This document shows, piece after piece, positions 28,290-37,271 of a DNA stretch of 64,000 bases. The stretch lies in the UHGV virus genome UHGV-1374526; one strand, 5' to 3'. The position numbers and the translations under genes are program-made. This stretch comes from a virus. The stretch's first letter is position 1; each line of letters begins with the position of its first letter. The notes under the pieces were generated by a model. The model saw only the letters and a list, made by a program, of their open reading frames with translations. It ran no database searches and was not told the DNA's origin.

Positions 28290-28877
28290 ATGTCCAAGAC
28301 ATCAAACACCAAACAGATAACCAAGATTGTTATTGACGAGGCCAATGGCTTGACACACGTTTATATGTCAGACCTTAGCCCGAAGATAGTTAAAGCCAAT
28401 ACCTCGGCCCCAACGAACATTCCTACCAAGAGCGAATTCTCTTTTCGCGATGAATCCGTAGAATCGCAAGCAGTAGTTGAGAAGGCCTTTGACGAAGTAT
28501 TCCCGGAGGAAGATGGGCATCCTCAACTGTTCTGCCCAATCTGCGGTGGTCTATTGAGAGAAGCACGTCGCGGCAACTACGTGTTCGTAGAGTGTATGAG
28601 TTGCGAATTAGCGGTGCTGGGAGATGATAGTGACGATTATGAAGAGGCGAAGGAAAAGGCATGGCTTACCGCCCGCCAGTTTATTGAAGAACTCCCTCCG
28701 CTTCTGCGTCTCCAACCCGGCGCCGAAATCCAGTACTACGACGGCATGTTCCATAGGCATACCGGAATCGTTGCAGGAAGAACCCGCGTCTCCATGCGCA
28801 TCCTGTTGGAGGATGGGCGAAGCATTGACCCCAGCAGGATAGTTGAATGGCCGTGGGGAATGGAGCAAGCCGAGTAA
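28290..28877 (+). CDS. Zn-ribbon protein, paralog A (CPICGG...CMSCE)
   Basis: Two CxxC pairs. Its C-terminal domain is shared with the next gene (…IVEWPWGMEQAE versus …IEKWPWELERVN). Confidence 0.45.
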   Translation: MSKTSNTKQITKIVIDEANGLTHVYMSDLSPKIVKANTSAPTNIPTKSEFSFRDESVESQAVVEKAFDEVFPEEDGHPQLFCPICGGLLREARRGNYVFVECMSCELAVLGDDSDDYEEAKEKAWLTARQFIEELPPLLRLQPGAEIQYYDGMFHRHTGIVAGRTRVSMRILLEDGRSIDPSRIVEWPWGMEQAE

Positions 28878-28879
28878 CC

Positions 28880-29254
28880 ATGAAGGAGAGCAAAATGAAA
28901 ACGCCTAAATGCCCGGTGTGCGGAAATGAGATGCAGTTGCAATCTGATGAAGTATGTTCAGGGTATTACACACCATTATATTATTACGAGTGCATAGCAT
29001 GTCCTCTTGCCACAACGCCAGCAGATACCGCAAAAGACGCCGAGAATCAGATAAAAGAGCTTATTTCCAAGTTCCCGCCTATCATGAGGGTCTGGCCCGA
29101 AGATACAGTAGTATGGAAAAATACTCCTGTCACGATTCTTGATAAGGACGTTCCGTGCGGAGAACTTCTGGTGATAAACTCGCAAGGACGCAAATTCCTC
29201 ATACCTCATCATGCTATTGAGAAATGGCCGTGGGAACTTGAAAGGGTAAACTAA
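28880..29254 (+). CDS. Zn-ribbon protein, paralog B (CPVCGNEM...YECIACP)
   Basis: It is paralogous to 28290-28877. The start was placed at ATG 28880, just after the upstream stop. Confidence 0.45.
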   Translation: MKESKMKTPKCPVCGNEMQLQSDEVCSGYYTPLYYYECIACPLATTPADTAKDAENQIKELISKFPPIMRVWPEDTVVWKNTPVTILDKDVPCGELLVINSQGRKFLIPHHAIEKWPWELERVN

Positions 29255-29256
29255 CC

Positions 29257-29718
29257 ATGAATACATTGCATCTATCAACCACACAATACTTCGCGCTTGC
29301 GGTTCTTTTCGCGCTTGCGGGTGTAGCTCTCCGCGGCTTAGGGGGTACTGCCCTCACCGAGATGGCCAAGAGGCTGAAAGCTCACTTGAAGCTCATTGGC
29401 ATTGAGACCAATAGCTACCGGACGAGAGGAAGCGAGTATACCCTATATGAGCGCAAGGAAATGGAGAACATATACAACCATATCTTCAATACCTCGGTTC
29501 AGTGGGTTATCTTTGGGCTAATCGGACTGACCGTAAGTATCATTGCCGAGTGCCTCTACACTCTTCCCGCACCTCCGCTTTATGTCCTCTCTCTTATCTC
29601 CGCATGGATTGCCGCATGGTATCTCTTTATTGTTTTATCTAACTACATAACCACGGGGGTTTTCATGTGGATGACCCGCTATCGACTTTACCGCGAATAC
29701 CCAAACATCAAATTCTAA
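29257..29718 (+). CDS. Membrane protein (about 3 hydrophobic helices)
   Basis: Hydrophobic segments YFALAVLFALAGVAL, WVIFGLIGLTVSIIA and LSLISAWIAAWYLFIVL. Confidence 0.45.
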   Translation: MNTLHLSTTQYFALAVLFALAGVALRGLGGTALTEMAKRLKAHLKLIGIETNSYRTRGSEYTLYERKEMENIYNHIFNTSVQWVIFGLIGLTVSIIAECLYTLPAPPLYVLSLISAWIAAWYLFIVLSNYITTGVFMWMTRYRLYREYPNIKF

Positions 29719-29719
29719 T

Positions 29720-30130
29720 ATGGAAAAGAATCAAATTAAACTCGGAATGATTGTCCGCGTCGACGGCGGCCCTTGCGGTCGCGTCGTGGAAATCGACAAC
29801 GAACGTTCTTCCTACCCGTACAAGGTACGCTATTCGGGAGGATTAGCGGAGTGGGCCTCTGCTAACCAGATGGAAGAAATTCTAGATGCGCCAGAAGAAT
29901 CTGTCCGCGCTGGTTGCACTAACGCCGCCAAACCCCGGCGACCGTTCAAGAGAGGGGATAGGGTACAATACGTTCCTCGCGGCTGGGTAAGCTATGATGA
30001 AGAGCCTACGCCCTATCAGGAGTACGCGGTTTACGATGATGAAGACAGCGACGGCTGGGTAGCTATCGATGGAGTAACCGTCAACTACTTCAACACCGTT
30101 ATGTTCTTTGACCTCAAACTAATCGATTAA
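29720..30130 (+). CDS. Hypothetical protein
   Basis: A 136-aa ORF. Confidence 0.4.
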   Translation: MEKNQIKLGMIVRVDGGPCGRVVEIDNERSSYPYKVRYSGGLAEWASANQMEEILDAPEESVRAGCTNAAKPRRPFKRGDRVQYVPRGWVSYDEEPTPYQEYAVYDDEDSDGWVAIDGVTVNYFNTVMFFDLKLID

Positions 30131-30135
30131 CCTCC

Positions 30136-30261
30136 ATGATTGCCTACCTCTTATTCATTATCTTCATCGTATGTCCCATGAGCATCGCCGCTCTCGGAAT
30201 GGTCCTCGCGTATTACGCTGGGCTAAGGGCAGGTATGAAGCAGAAGGAGGAAGGAGTATGA
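30136..30261 (+). CDS. Tiny membrane peptide 1 (41 aa)
   Basis: MIAYLLFIIFIVCPMSIAALGMVLAYYAGL plus a charged tail. Its stop overlaps the next start (ATGA). Confidence 0.35.
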   Translation: MIAYLLFIIFIVCPMSIAALGMVLAYYAGLRAGMKQKEEGV

Positions 30262-30389
30262 CACTCTTCCTCAATTTAATCCTTGCATTCTGTATCATAA
30301 CGAGTACATCTATCCTCGTAAGAATTCTATTCTTATTCCTACTAAATCCCAGCAAATACATTCACCATGACCACAACGATATTTGTTAG
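30258..30389 (+). CDS. Tiny membrane peptide 2 (43 aa)
   Basis: MTLFLNLILAFCIITSTSILVRILFLFLL plus a His/Asp tail. It is an internal start within ORF-track entry 30171-30389. Confidence 0.35.
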   Translation: MTLFLNLILAFCIITSTSILVRILFLFLLNPSKYIHHDHNDIC

Positions 30390-30492
30390 TATTACTGACA
30401 TCCTTGCATGGATAGGAATTACTCTGTGCATCCTCGCCCTATTCACCCTGTGGGTAATCGAAACCATTAAGAAGCATATCAAAAGAAAATGA
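30367..30492 (+). CDS. Tiny membrane peptide 3 (41 aa)
   Basis: MTTTIFVSITDILAWIGITLCILALFTLWVIE plus a KKHIKRK tail. Its stop overlaps the ATG of the 30489 gene. It was not listed in the ORF track (too short). Confidence 0.3.
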   Translation: MTTTIFVSITDILAWIGITLCILALFTLWVIETIKKHIKRK

Positions 30493-31514
30493 ACGACGAC
30501 GAACCAAATTGTTGGACCTGCGCATACAGCAACTTCCCCGAAACCGCGGAACCCTGTGCATCCTGTGACATGTACTTTAGCCACTTTGAATCCAGTGAAC
30601 CCACGGAATCCACGGACACCGCGGCAAGCGAGGATGCACGGAGGTGCTCCCTCTGCAAATTCCGTGATATCCCGATAGTGCAATCCCCCTGCCAGAGGTG
30701 TGCTATCACTCCCGGACTTCCCTGCTTCACCTCCGATACCAACAAATTGGTAGAGATGGAGAAGTTGAAGCGGGAAGAAGCAAAGCGGAGGGAAGCCAAG
30801 ATGGCTGGTCCTACCTGTCTGGCATGTAAACATAAGGGGGTATCTATCCTAGAGGAACCCTGCATCTCCTGCAACGGCTATCAGAATTATACCCCAGATG
30901 AATCTGCGCCATGTGCCGAAGGTACGGACGAGAACGATGATGTCATCGAACCGTGCAATACTTGCACTCACCGGGATAACCTCCGTTGCAATCCTCCATG
31001 CTCTCATTGCCGACAGGAGCGGGGAATTGAGTACCCGGAATATGAAGAGGATAAAGGGGATGAAGAGGATGTCCCCTCCCCCTGCTCCACATGCAAGTAC
31101 GGGGACTTGCCCGGAACCGTGGGACCCTGTGCTTCCTGTTTCGACGAGGGGCTGGACCATCCCCTGAACTACGAGGAAGCCACGGAATCCGGGGACGAGG
31201 AATCCAAGGACGAGGATTCCGGGGTCACAGAAATTGTGCCGAAGCATATTGTTGATATGTTTGTCGAAAGAGTGGGGCAAGAGGTGCGACGGCATTTTGA
31301 AGCCCACAATGCTCATCCACGTCCTTGCCCCTACTGCGGAGAAATCCCGGAGGTCGTGGGGGAAACCATCTATCCCGGAGAGGAACATTGCTATGTCGTC
31401 TGCAACGGGGCCAAGCTTCTTCCTCATAGCATTTCCATTCATGGCCTCACTCGCGAAGAAGCGGTAGCCCGCTGGAATAGCTTCGTATTAACTATGAAGT
31501 CCCAAGAAAAATGA
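30489..31514 (+). CDS. Repetitive multi-zinc-ribbon protein (six C-x2-C-x10-13-C-x2-C units)
   Basis: CWTCAY..CASCD, CSLCKF..CQRCA, CLACKH..CISCN, CNTCTH..CSHCR, CSTCKY..CASCF and CPYCGE..CYVVCNG. Acidic linkers sit between the units. Confidence 0.5.
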   Translation: MNDDEPNCWTCAYSNFPETAEPCASCDMYFSHFESSEPTESTDTAASEDARRCSLCKFRDIPIVQSPCQRCAITPGLPCFTSDTNKLVEMEKLKREEAKRREAKMAGPTCLACKHKGVSILEEPCISCNGYQNYTPDESAPCAEGTDENDDVIEPCNTCTHRDNLRCNPPCSHCRQERGIEYPEYEEDKGDEEDVPSPCSTCKYGDLPGTVGPCASCFDEGLDHPLNYEEATESGDEESKDEDSGVTEIVPKHIVDMFVERVGQEVRRHFEAHNAHPRPCPYCGEIPEVVGETIYPGEEHCYVVCNGAKLLPHSISIHGLTREEAVARWNSFVLTMKSQEK

Positions 31515-31611
31515 ACGCTCACTGGATAACCATTAGCGGGGGAGGATTCGTCCTCCCCATTAACTCCATACTAATCGCGGAGGGAGACCTCGCCGCATAA
31601 CATTTCATCTC

Positions 31612-31842
31612 ATGAACCTTCCATACATTGGACAAATCAAAGGGCTTCGCCAATATCTTATTGACGAGCGCATTCTCTCTCCTATCGAAGTTGGTCTAGC
31701 CTCCGACACAGAGCTACTCGACACAATCATTAAACGAGGATATTCCTTCGTCGTACCCTACAATGGTAGCTATACGACTGGGGATGAAATCCTTCTAATC
31801 CCTAATGACGCATTGAACCATGCAGTCAAATTCTCACGCTAA
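31612..31842 (+). CDS. Hypothetical small protein
   Basis: A 76-aa ORF. Confidence 0.35.
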   Translation: MNLPYIGQIKGLRQYLIDERILSPIEVGLASDTELLDTIIKRGYSFVVPYNGSYTTGDEILLIPNDALNHAVKFSR

Positions 31843-31846
31843 ACGT

Positions 31847-31933
31847 ATGTACACACTAATCGGATTCCTTCTCGGTATTCTCTTTTACTACATCATCGAG
31901 AACAATAACGACAACGACTTTACCCCTGCATGA
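31847..31933 (+). CDS. Tiny membrane peptide (28 aa)
   Basis: MYTLIGFLLGILFYYIIENNNDNDFTPA. Its stop overlaps the next ATG (ATGA). It was not listed in the ORF track (too short). Confidence 0.25.
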   Translation: MYTLIGFLLGILFYYIIENNNDNDFTPA

Positions 31934-32406
31934 AGAAGAACAGTAGAGGACTAATCGTCCATCCCGGATTGAAACATTCACGGAGGCCACGGCATAGTAC
32001 TCCCCCGGTAAAGAACGTGCCACGGGGCTACATTGCCACTGGGGAGATTGCCGATAAAATCGGGAGAAGCTCCGTATGGGTAATTCACGCCCTGAACCGA
32101 TTGAAGGTCAAACACGTTCGTTGTGGGCATACCATGTACTGGGAAGGGGAAGGAGCCAATGAATATATTCAGATGCAGGTCAAAGGTCTATATGACAGCA
32201 TCCCGGAAGGGTACGTTGATGTAGCTACCGCATTGGAATCTACGGGCTTGAAGTCTCCGGCGTATCTGACCACCCTATTCAAGCGGGGCAAAGTTCAACG
32301 TGTACGGTATCGTGATGATAGCGACCCTCGCGGTCGTAGGACACGGTTTGCGTATAATTTGCTTGACCTCCTTTCTCATTTGGGTTTAGATAGCTCTGAC
32401 GTATGA
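31930..32406 (+). CDS. Putative DNA-binding protein with HTH-like segment(s)
   Basis: GYIATGEIADKIGRSSVWVIHALNRL is helix-turn-helix-like. A second similar segment is VDVATALESTGLKSPAYLTTLF. Confidence 0.4.
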   Translation: MKKNSRGLIVHPGLKHSRRPRHSTPPVKNVPRGYIATGEIADKIGRSSVWVIHALNRLKVKHVRCGHTMYWEGEGANEYIQMQVKGLYDSIPEGYVDVATALESTGLKSPAYLTTLFKRGKVQRVRYRDDSDPRGRRTRFAYNLLDLLSHLGLDSSDV

Positions 32407-32756
32407 GAACGACCTACTCTACAACCAGAACCATACAGAAGGGCCAGAGCAATCAGCGAGCCTTGCTCGGTCTCCTTCTGAATATTGACCTCCTTGACTT
32501 CTCCCTCACCGTTGATAACATACGTGTCCTTCTGTACATGCACGCCAATGGATTTGAGAGTGAGCATAGTAACCCGGAAATTAGCAGGGGTACTCGCATC
32601 CAGATATCATCTCTCTACTATGTCCTGCGCAAGCTGGAAGAAAAAGGGTATATTGAATACGAGGGAGTGAGGGGGTCGAGGAAACAAACTAAAAGTAAAC
32701 TAACTCCGAAAGGTATCACTTTCTGTCGTGACATCTTCCGGCCACAAACAATCTAA
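32403..32756 (+). CDS. Winged-helix (MarR/PadR-like) transcriptional regulator
   Basis: ISSLYYVLRKLEEKGYIEYEGVRGSRKQTKSKLTPKG has the recognition helix and wing (LTPKG) pattern. Confidence 0.4.
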   Translation: MRTTYSTTRTIQKGQSNQRALLGLLLNIDLLDFSLTVDNIRVLLYMHANGFESEHSNPEISRGTRIQISSLYYVLRKLEEKGYIEYEGVRGSRKQTKSKLTPKGITFCRDIFRPQTI

Positions 32757-32764
32757 TCAACGAC

Positions 32765-33199
32765 ATGGAAAAGAACAATCTCGATGAACAGGCAGAAGTC
32801 GCGGCCAAGCTCTATAGCATGGCTGAACTTCCAACCCCGTGGGACCAGCTCACCGCGGTAAAGAAGAAGCCCTACATGAACATGGCGGGCAAACTAATCA
32901 AGGGAGAGGCTGACATCTTTGCCCAGCTGACGGCGAAGTACTGTGTCCAGCTTGGTGTACCCGGCAAGTACAAGACCATCATCTCCGGGATTATTAGTGC
33001 CGCCCTTGGAGCTTTAGCTATGTTTGGAGCGTTGGGGCAGAGTAGTTGCACCTACGCGGATGTGAGTAAGGACCGCGCAGTTATCTGCAATGGAGAATCC
33101 TGTGTAATCGTTAGCCCCGGAAGGTTGACCTTTACGCAGGAACAGCCTAAGACGGATGCAGGTCCGGTGGTAATCCCCTCCAAAGAATACTGCAAATAA
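32765..33199 (+). CDS. Hypothetical protein with one transmembrane helix
   Basis: Transmembrane-like segment IISGIISAALGALAMFGALG. Confidence 0.4.
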   Translation: MEKNNLDEQAEVAAKLYSMAELPTPWDQLTAVKKKPYMNMAGKLIKGEADIFAQLTAKYCVQLGVPGKYKTIISGIISAALGALAMFGALGQSSCTYADVSKDRAVICNGESCVIVSPGRLTFTQEQPKTDAGPVVIPSKEYCK

Positions 33200-33200
33200 T

Positions 33201-34232
33201 ATGGCAGAAGAGTATCAAGAGATTCCACAAGCTCCTGACCTCTTTAATCATCCCGTACCCTCGGTTCCCGTGGGTACGGAGATGTTTAATGAGGCCCCGC
33301 CATTTGATTCAATGCCGGACCCGATTGCCCCTGTCTATGGGGATAGTGATGTAGGGACGTTCCATACCCCGGTATATAATGATGACCCCCTCATGCGCAA
33401 CCGGGAAGAGAGCATGTTCGCCATTGTGTATGACCCAAAGGATTCCGGGACTAACGCAAAGGTCATGTACACCTGCGGTGTTGTCATTGATGATAATGAG
33501 GTGCATGAAATTGGAGGTGCGCCGGGGACGTTGAAGGCAGTGGATAGTGGAGAGAAAGCACCATTAGATGATGACATCGTCTGGTATGTCAATGTTAAAT
33601 CCGACCGCAAGTCCTCCACCGTGTCTAGTAAGAAAGACACCAGCGCGGACTTCTCCGTCCCCATTGCGAGGACGAGCAAGGGCAGGAACGGATATATCCA
33701 GCAACTTCACCGTGGTGCTATCTTCATTGGAGGCGGCGGTGGTGGCGGCAAGTTCCCATACAAGGTCACGACGACTAAGGAGCAGGACGCAAACAAGAAC
33801 TGGCATACCTACGCAGTTATCGAGCCGGGCGGTTTCCGTGATACCGAACGGAAGAAGGTGGAGATTGACGGGTTCAAAGACGGGGCGGCTAAGAAGGAAA
33901 TCGTAACCGACGGTGAACTTCCCGTACTCCTTGAATGGGAATACACTTGGCCCGCCAATACCGTGACGAACGCCAAGCTGGTTGTTGATGATAAGCCGTG
34001 GGATGGTAAGGAGGTAATCACTCCGATTGAGAGTGCCGAGGGAACGGGTAAGAGCAAATGCGCGATTGCCATCCTGACGGTAACGCGAAACCCGCAGGAC
34101 AATAGTCTTGACGCAACCGTGAAATCCCAGCTGGTCAATACTGGACTGGCCGCCGTCTGGTACAGCGGATATGTTGATGGCGTTAGCGGACGTGTTGGGC
34201 AATATGCAGAAGTAAGTACCGTAGCACCATGA
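33201..34232 (+). CDS. Hypothetical protein (Gly-run GGGGGGK)
   Basis: A 343-aa ORF. Confidence 0.4.
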   Translation: MAEEYQEIPQAPDLFNHPVPSVPVGTEMFNEAPPFDSMPDPIAPVYGDSDVGTFHTPVYNDDPLMRNREESMFAIVYDPKDSGTNAKVMYTCGVVIDDNEVHEIGGAPGTLKAVDSGEKAPLDDDIVWYVNVKSDRKSSTVSSKKDTSADFSVPIARTSKGRNGYIQQLHRGAIFIGGGGGGGKFPYKVTTTKEQDANKNWHTYAVIEPGGFRDTERKKVEIDGFKDGAAKKEIVTDGELPVLLEWEYTWPANTVTNAKLVVDDKPWDGKEVITPIESAEGTGKSKCAIAILTVTRNPQDNSLDATVKSQLVNTGLAAVWYSGYVDGVSGRVGQYAEVSTVAP

Positions 34233-35041
34233 AGTCTCACCTCTTACTCCCCACGAACTCGTCGAAGGATATTTCGGTTTTAATGAGGAAGAATAATCCT
34301 GACTACACTGAACAATATAAAAGTAGTTTGTGGTATGGAACCCAAGGACCCACGGTTTCCGGGCTTCCTGTACCTCTAGGTCGAGCCGTAGCTATTTCAC
34401 CAAACGCAACGCATAAACCGGGGATTAAGTGCAAGAACCTTGTGGACGCGTGGAAAGTCTTCAACACATTGAAAGGATTTAATTCCATCGCGCTTCCGGC
34501 GAAGTTGCCTAGTCAGAATGGCATTCCCGGAGGCGTCGATGCTCGTACTCAATTTCGAGTATACGAGCCAGCACTTTGGTTCGCATGGCAGGGAGTGCCG
34601 GAAGGAACTGAAATTACTCCACATGAAGTCACATTGCAGGAAGCCCGCGATTGGCCCTACTATGACGACGGCTGGCTATACCAAAACAGTACATACGGAC
34701 CACATTATGGAAGCGGATTTATGGATAATATGTGGTACATTGAATCAGAAAGTGGAGCAGTTTATCTGGATGTAAGTATCGATTTAAGCTTCAAGTATGA
34801 GAGAAAAACATCCTCTGGTGTATGGCAGACCTTTTCGATACTTGCCTATGTAGGCTACCCCATTAAATATTGGGCGAATGGGAATAAGGCTTCCATGCGA
34901 ACAGTCACATGGAGCACCACGATAGGTGGAGTAGAAGTTGACTGCCTTGGAAGTTATTACTGTTGGACCCCCTACGTTGCCGCTCCCGAAATCTCCCAAA
35001 TGAATCAATGGTTTAAGGGATTACAGTTCACGACACTTTGA
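34229..35041 (+). CDS. Hypothetical protein
   Basis: A 270-aa ORF rich in Trp/Tyr. Confidence 0.4.
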   Translation: MKSHLLLPTNSSKDISVLMRKNNPDYTEQYKSSLWYGTQGPTVSGLPVPLGRAVAISPNATHKPGIKCKNLVDAWKVFNTLKGFNSIALPAKLPSQNGIPGGVDARTQFRVYEPALWFAWQGVPEGTEITPHEVTLQEARDWPYYDDGWLYQNSTYGPHYGSGFMDNMWYIESESGAVYLDVSIDLSFKYERKTSSGVWQTFSILAYVGYPIKYWANGNKASMRTVTWSTTIGGVEVDCLGSYYCWTPYVAAPEISQMNQWFKGLQFTTL

Positions 35042-35103
35042 TATAGCAGTACAACTGGCTTATCGATTTCGTACATCGAAATGTCAGGACGTTAAACTCC
35101 CAC

Positions 35104-35154
35104 GGAACCCACGGAACCCACGGCCAAATGGTCACAATGGGTTCCGTGGGTTCC
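35104..35154. promoter_or_regulatory. Perfect 16-bp inverted repeat GGAACCCACGGAACCC-N19-GGGTTCCGTGGGTTCC (hairpin), followed by two 13-bp direct repeats GTTGTGTCATACC (35158-35170, 35185-35197)
   Basis: It is built from the dispersed CCACGGAACC motif and lies between gene 34229-35041 and the promoter at 35211. It may act as a terminator and/or operator. Confidence 0.6.
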
Positions 35155-35210
35155 TTCGTTGTGTCATACCCACTAGCGTGTGCGGTTGTGTCATACCAAT
35201 TAAAAATTTC

Positions 35211-35238
35211 TTGACCAGAATCTTCTTCTGTGTATGAT
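35211..35238 (+). promoter_or_regulatory. Sigma70-type promoter TTGACC-N16-TATGAT (leaderless: the ATG at 35246 is ~8 nt after the -10)
   Basis: Direct reading. Confidence 0.5.
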
Positions 35239-35245
35239 GGCGGGC

Positions 35246-35911
35246 ATGGACAACAACATCCATTACATCATTAGCGCGTATAACCCCTCCCTTCATTGGC
35301 CGGAGAGGGAATCGAACCTAATCCATTACACGGTCAATTATCTTAAATCCCTGCACATCCCCGGCGAGCACATTACTGTCATGTCCGAGGACCTTGGCGT
35401 TCTTTCATGGGCCAAAGCGGAGGGGCTGAACGTTGCCCGCGTCCCTGATGCACCCGATGAAGCCATCCTCTCCATCGCCGCAGAGCATGCGGGAATGGAC
35501 ATCATGGTGCTCGATACTCAATGCCCGGTGCGCGAAGCGGACCTTCTCGACGTTATGGCTAGCCAGATAGCTACCGAGAAGGATGTCATCTTCATCTCCG
35601 CATACATGGGAATGAAGCGGACGAACATCGAAGACTACCCCGCATGGACCAGCATAGTTGATGGTAGTGTGTGGGGGTTCCGGCACGATAGCGACCTGAA
35701 AGCCATTAAGAAAATGAGAAGTATCTATTATGTCTATCATGACGCGTTCGCCGGACACTTCGGAGTGAGCCTCGACTACCAATACGACAAGGAGGTTCTC
35801 GACATCGCCGTGAAACGCGGCTGGGAAAAGAGCGCAAGCACCGCTCCCTGCTCTGCGGATTATCCGCGCCGCGTGCAGATTATAGTTGACAAACCCAAAC
35901 AGAATATCTAA
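35246..35911 (+). CDS. Hypothetical protein, possibly a nucleotidyl/glycosyl-transferase-like fold
   Basis: The start was moved to the ATG downstream of the -10 (the track start at 35234 lies inside the -10). Alternating beta/alpha hydrophobic pattern (IHYIISAY...ITVMSED...IMVLDT). The fold assignment is weak. Confidence 0.35.
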   Translation: MDNNIHYIISAYNPSLHWPERESNLIHYTVNYLKSLHIPGEHITVMSEDLGVLSWAKAEGLNVARVPDAPDEAILSIAAEHAGMDIMVLDTQCPVREADLLDVMASQIATEKDVIFISAYMGMKRTNIEDYPAWTSIVDGSVWGFRHDSDLKAIKKMRSIYYVYHDAFAGHFGVSLDYQYDKEVLDIAVKRGWEKSASTAPCSADYPRRVQIIVDKPKQNI

Positions 35912-35925
35912 TCTTCATCCACATC

Positions 35926-36375
35926 ATGAACACAAACCAAATATATTTTGACGGAAGCCTTGGACAGTTCATTCGCAAGGCGAACTATGAACTGGTAAGC
36001 GTAAACCCTACGTTGGAAGTTCAGCATGGAATATCCTCCCTTGTCCTCCATTTTGGCGCAGGATTTAAGGGAGACCTCCAATTTAATTTCTCCCATGCCT
36101 CTGCTCTTGGCAACATCTCTCTGGAATACCCCTTTATATGGAAGATTCAGTTAGCCCCGCTCAACGCCGGAGCCTTGCCTGTATGGAAGACAGTCGCGTC
36201 TGGCATGACGGGCCCGGAGGAACCCGGAGGCACTGCTGACACCATTATCCTTCCGATTGGTCCATTGGAATTAGACCCTGCCGAATACCCTATCGGGACC
36301 TACTGGATGACTGTTGAGTTCTCCGATTCGGTTAACTGGACCTGCACCTTCCCCTTCACTCTTCAAATCATCTAA
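35926..36375 (+). CDS. Hypothetical protein
   Basis: A 149-aa ORF. Confidence 0.4.
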   Translation: MNTNQIYFDGSLGQFIRKANYELVSVNPTLEVQHGISSLVLHFGAGFKGDLQFNFSHASALGNISLEYPFIWKIQLAPLNAGALPVWKTVASGMTGPEEPGGTADTIILPIGPLELDPAEYPIGTYWMTVEFSDSVNWTCTFPFTLQII

Positions 36376-36377
36376 CC

Positions 36378-36749
36378 ATGCAACTTGATTTATCTCACAT
36401 CCTGCAACTCTACCCCGTCCTGAAGGTCCTCCATTACCAGACAAGTAGTGGATTCCATCATGAACGATACGACGATGCGGTAGAAGAATTGGGCGGCATT
36501 GCCGACAGTTTCATTGAAACCTATCTCGGACTACATGGCCGCGACTGGATGGTAAAGCCCATGTCGTTGCGCCCCGTGTTGCCTGATACTTCTACTAATT
36601 GCATTCTCCTGTACAGAAATGTCATCCTACATGACATCGTTCCCTACCTCTACACCATTGCGGGGAATGAACCCGCGCTAAGGAAACTGGCAGAGGACTT
36701 CGAGCAGAGTGCCCAAAAGATTTACAGCCTACTGAACAATTACGTCTAA
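36378..36749 (+). CDS. Hypothetical protein
   Basis: A 123-aa ORF. Confidence 0.4.
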   Translation: MQLDLSHILQLYPVLKVLHYQTSSGFHHERYDDAVEELGGIADSFIETYLGLHGRDWMVKPMSLRPVLPDTSTNCILLYRNVILHDIVPYLYTIAGNEPALRKLAEDFEQSAQKIYSLLNNYV

Positions 36750-36757
36750 TAGAACCC

Positions 36758-37267
36758 ATGCCTACAACAACTCGCGTCCGAGAATTTTTCCTCTGCTCCG
36801 ATGGCCCGGAGAGCAACCCCGAAGTAATAGCCACGGTACTTCCACGGCTTGACGGGGTTTGCTCCCGCGCCCGGTCCTTGACATGGGGCGTTATTGCCTA
36901 TTCCCTCTCTCACTTCAACCTGCCCTTCGGTGTTGCCTTGGAGAACATGAGGAACGGTTATTGTGCCCGCGTCGTAGGAACGCCTACTGGGGAGGAAACC
37001 GAGGATGGGAATGAAGCCGCTGACGTTACCCCTTGGTTCATCCTGCAATCGTTCAAGACCGAGAGCGACGAATGGGACTACCGTTTCATGGCGTTGGAAC
37101 CAATAGAGGCAGGAGCCGCCATTGATATGAAGAGGGATTATCTCCTGCCCGACGGGTGGTATAAAGTCGGAGAAGAGGTAACTCTTCGCAACGATTTCAT
37201 CGCCTCCTTCTGTTGGGAGATTGCCATTCCCGGCGACACCTTAAAAGTAGAAACCGCAAACGCATAG
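36758..37267 (+). CDS. Hypothetical protein
   Basis: A 169-aa ORF. Confidence 0.4.
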   Translation: MPTTTRVREFFLCSDGPESNPEVIATVLPRLDGVCSRARSLTWGVIAYSLSHFNLPFGVALENMRNGYCARVVGTPTGEETEDGNEAADVTPWFILQSFKTESDEWDYRFMALEPIEAGAAIDMKRDYLLPDGWYKVGEEVTLRNDFIASFCWEIAIPGDTLKVETANA

Positions 37268-37271
37268 ACCA

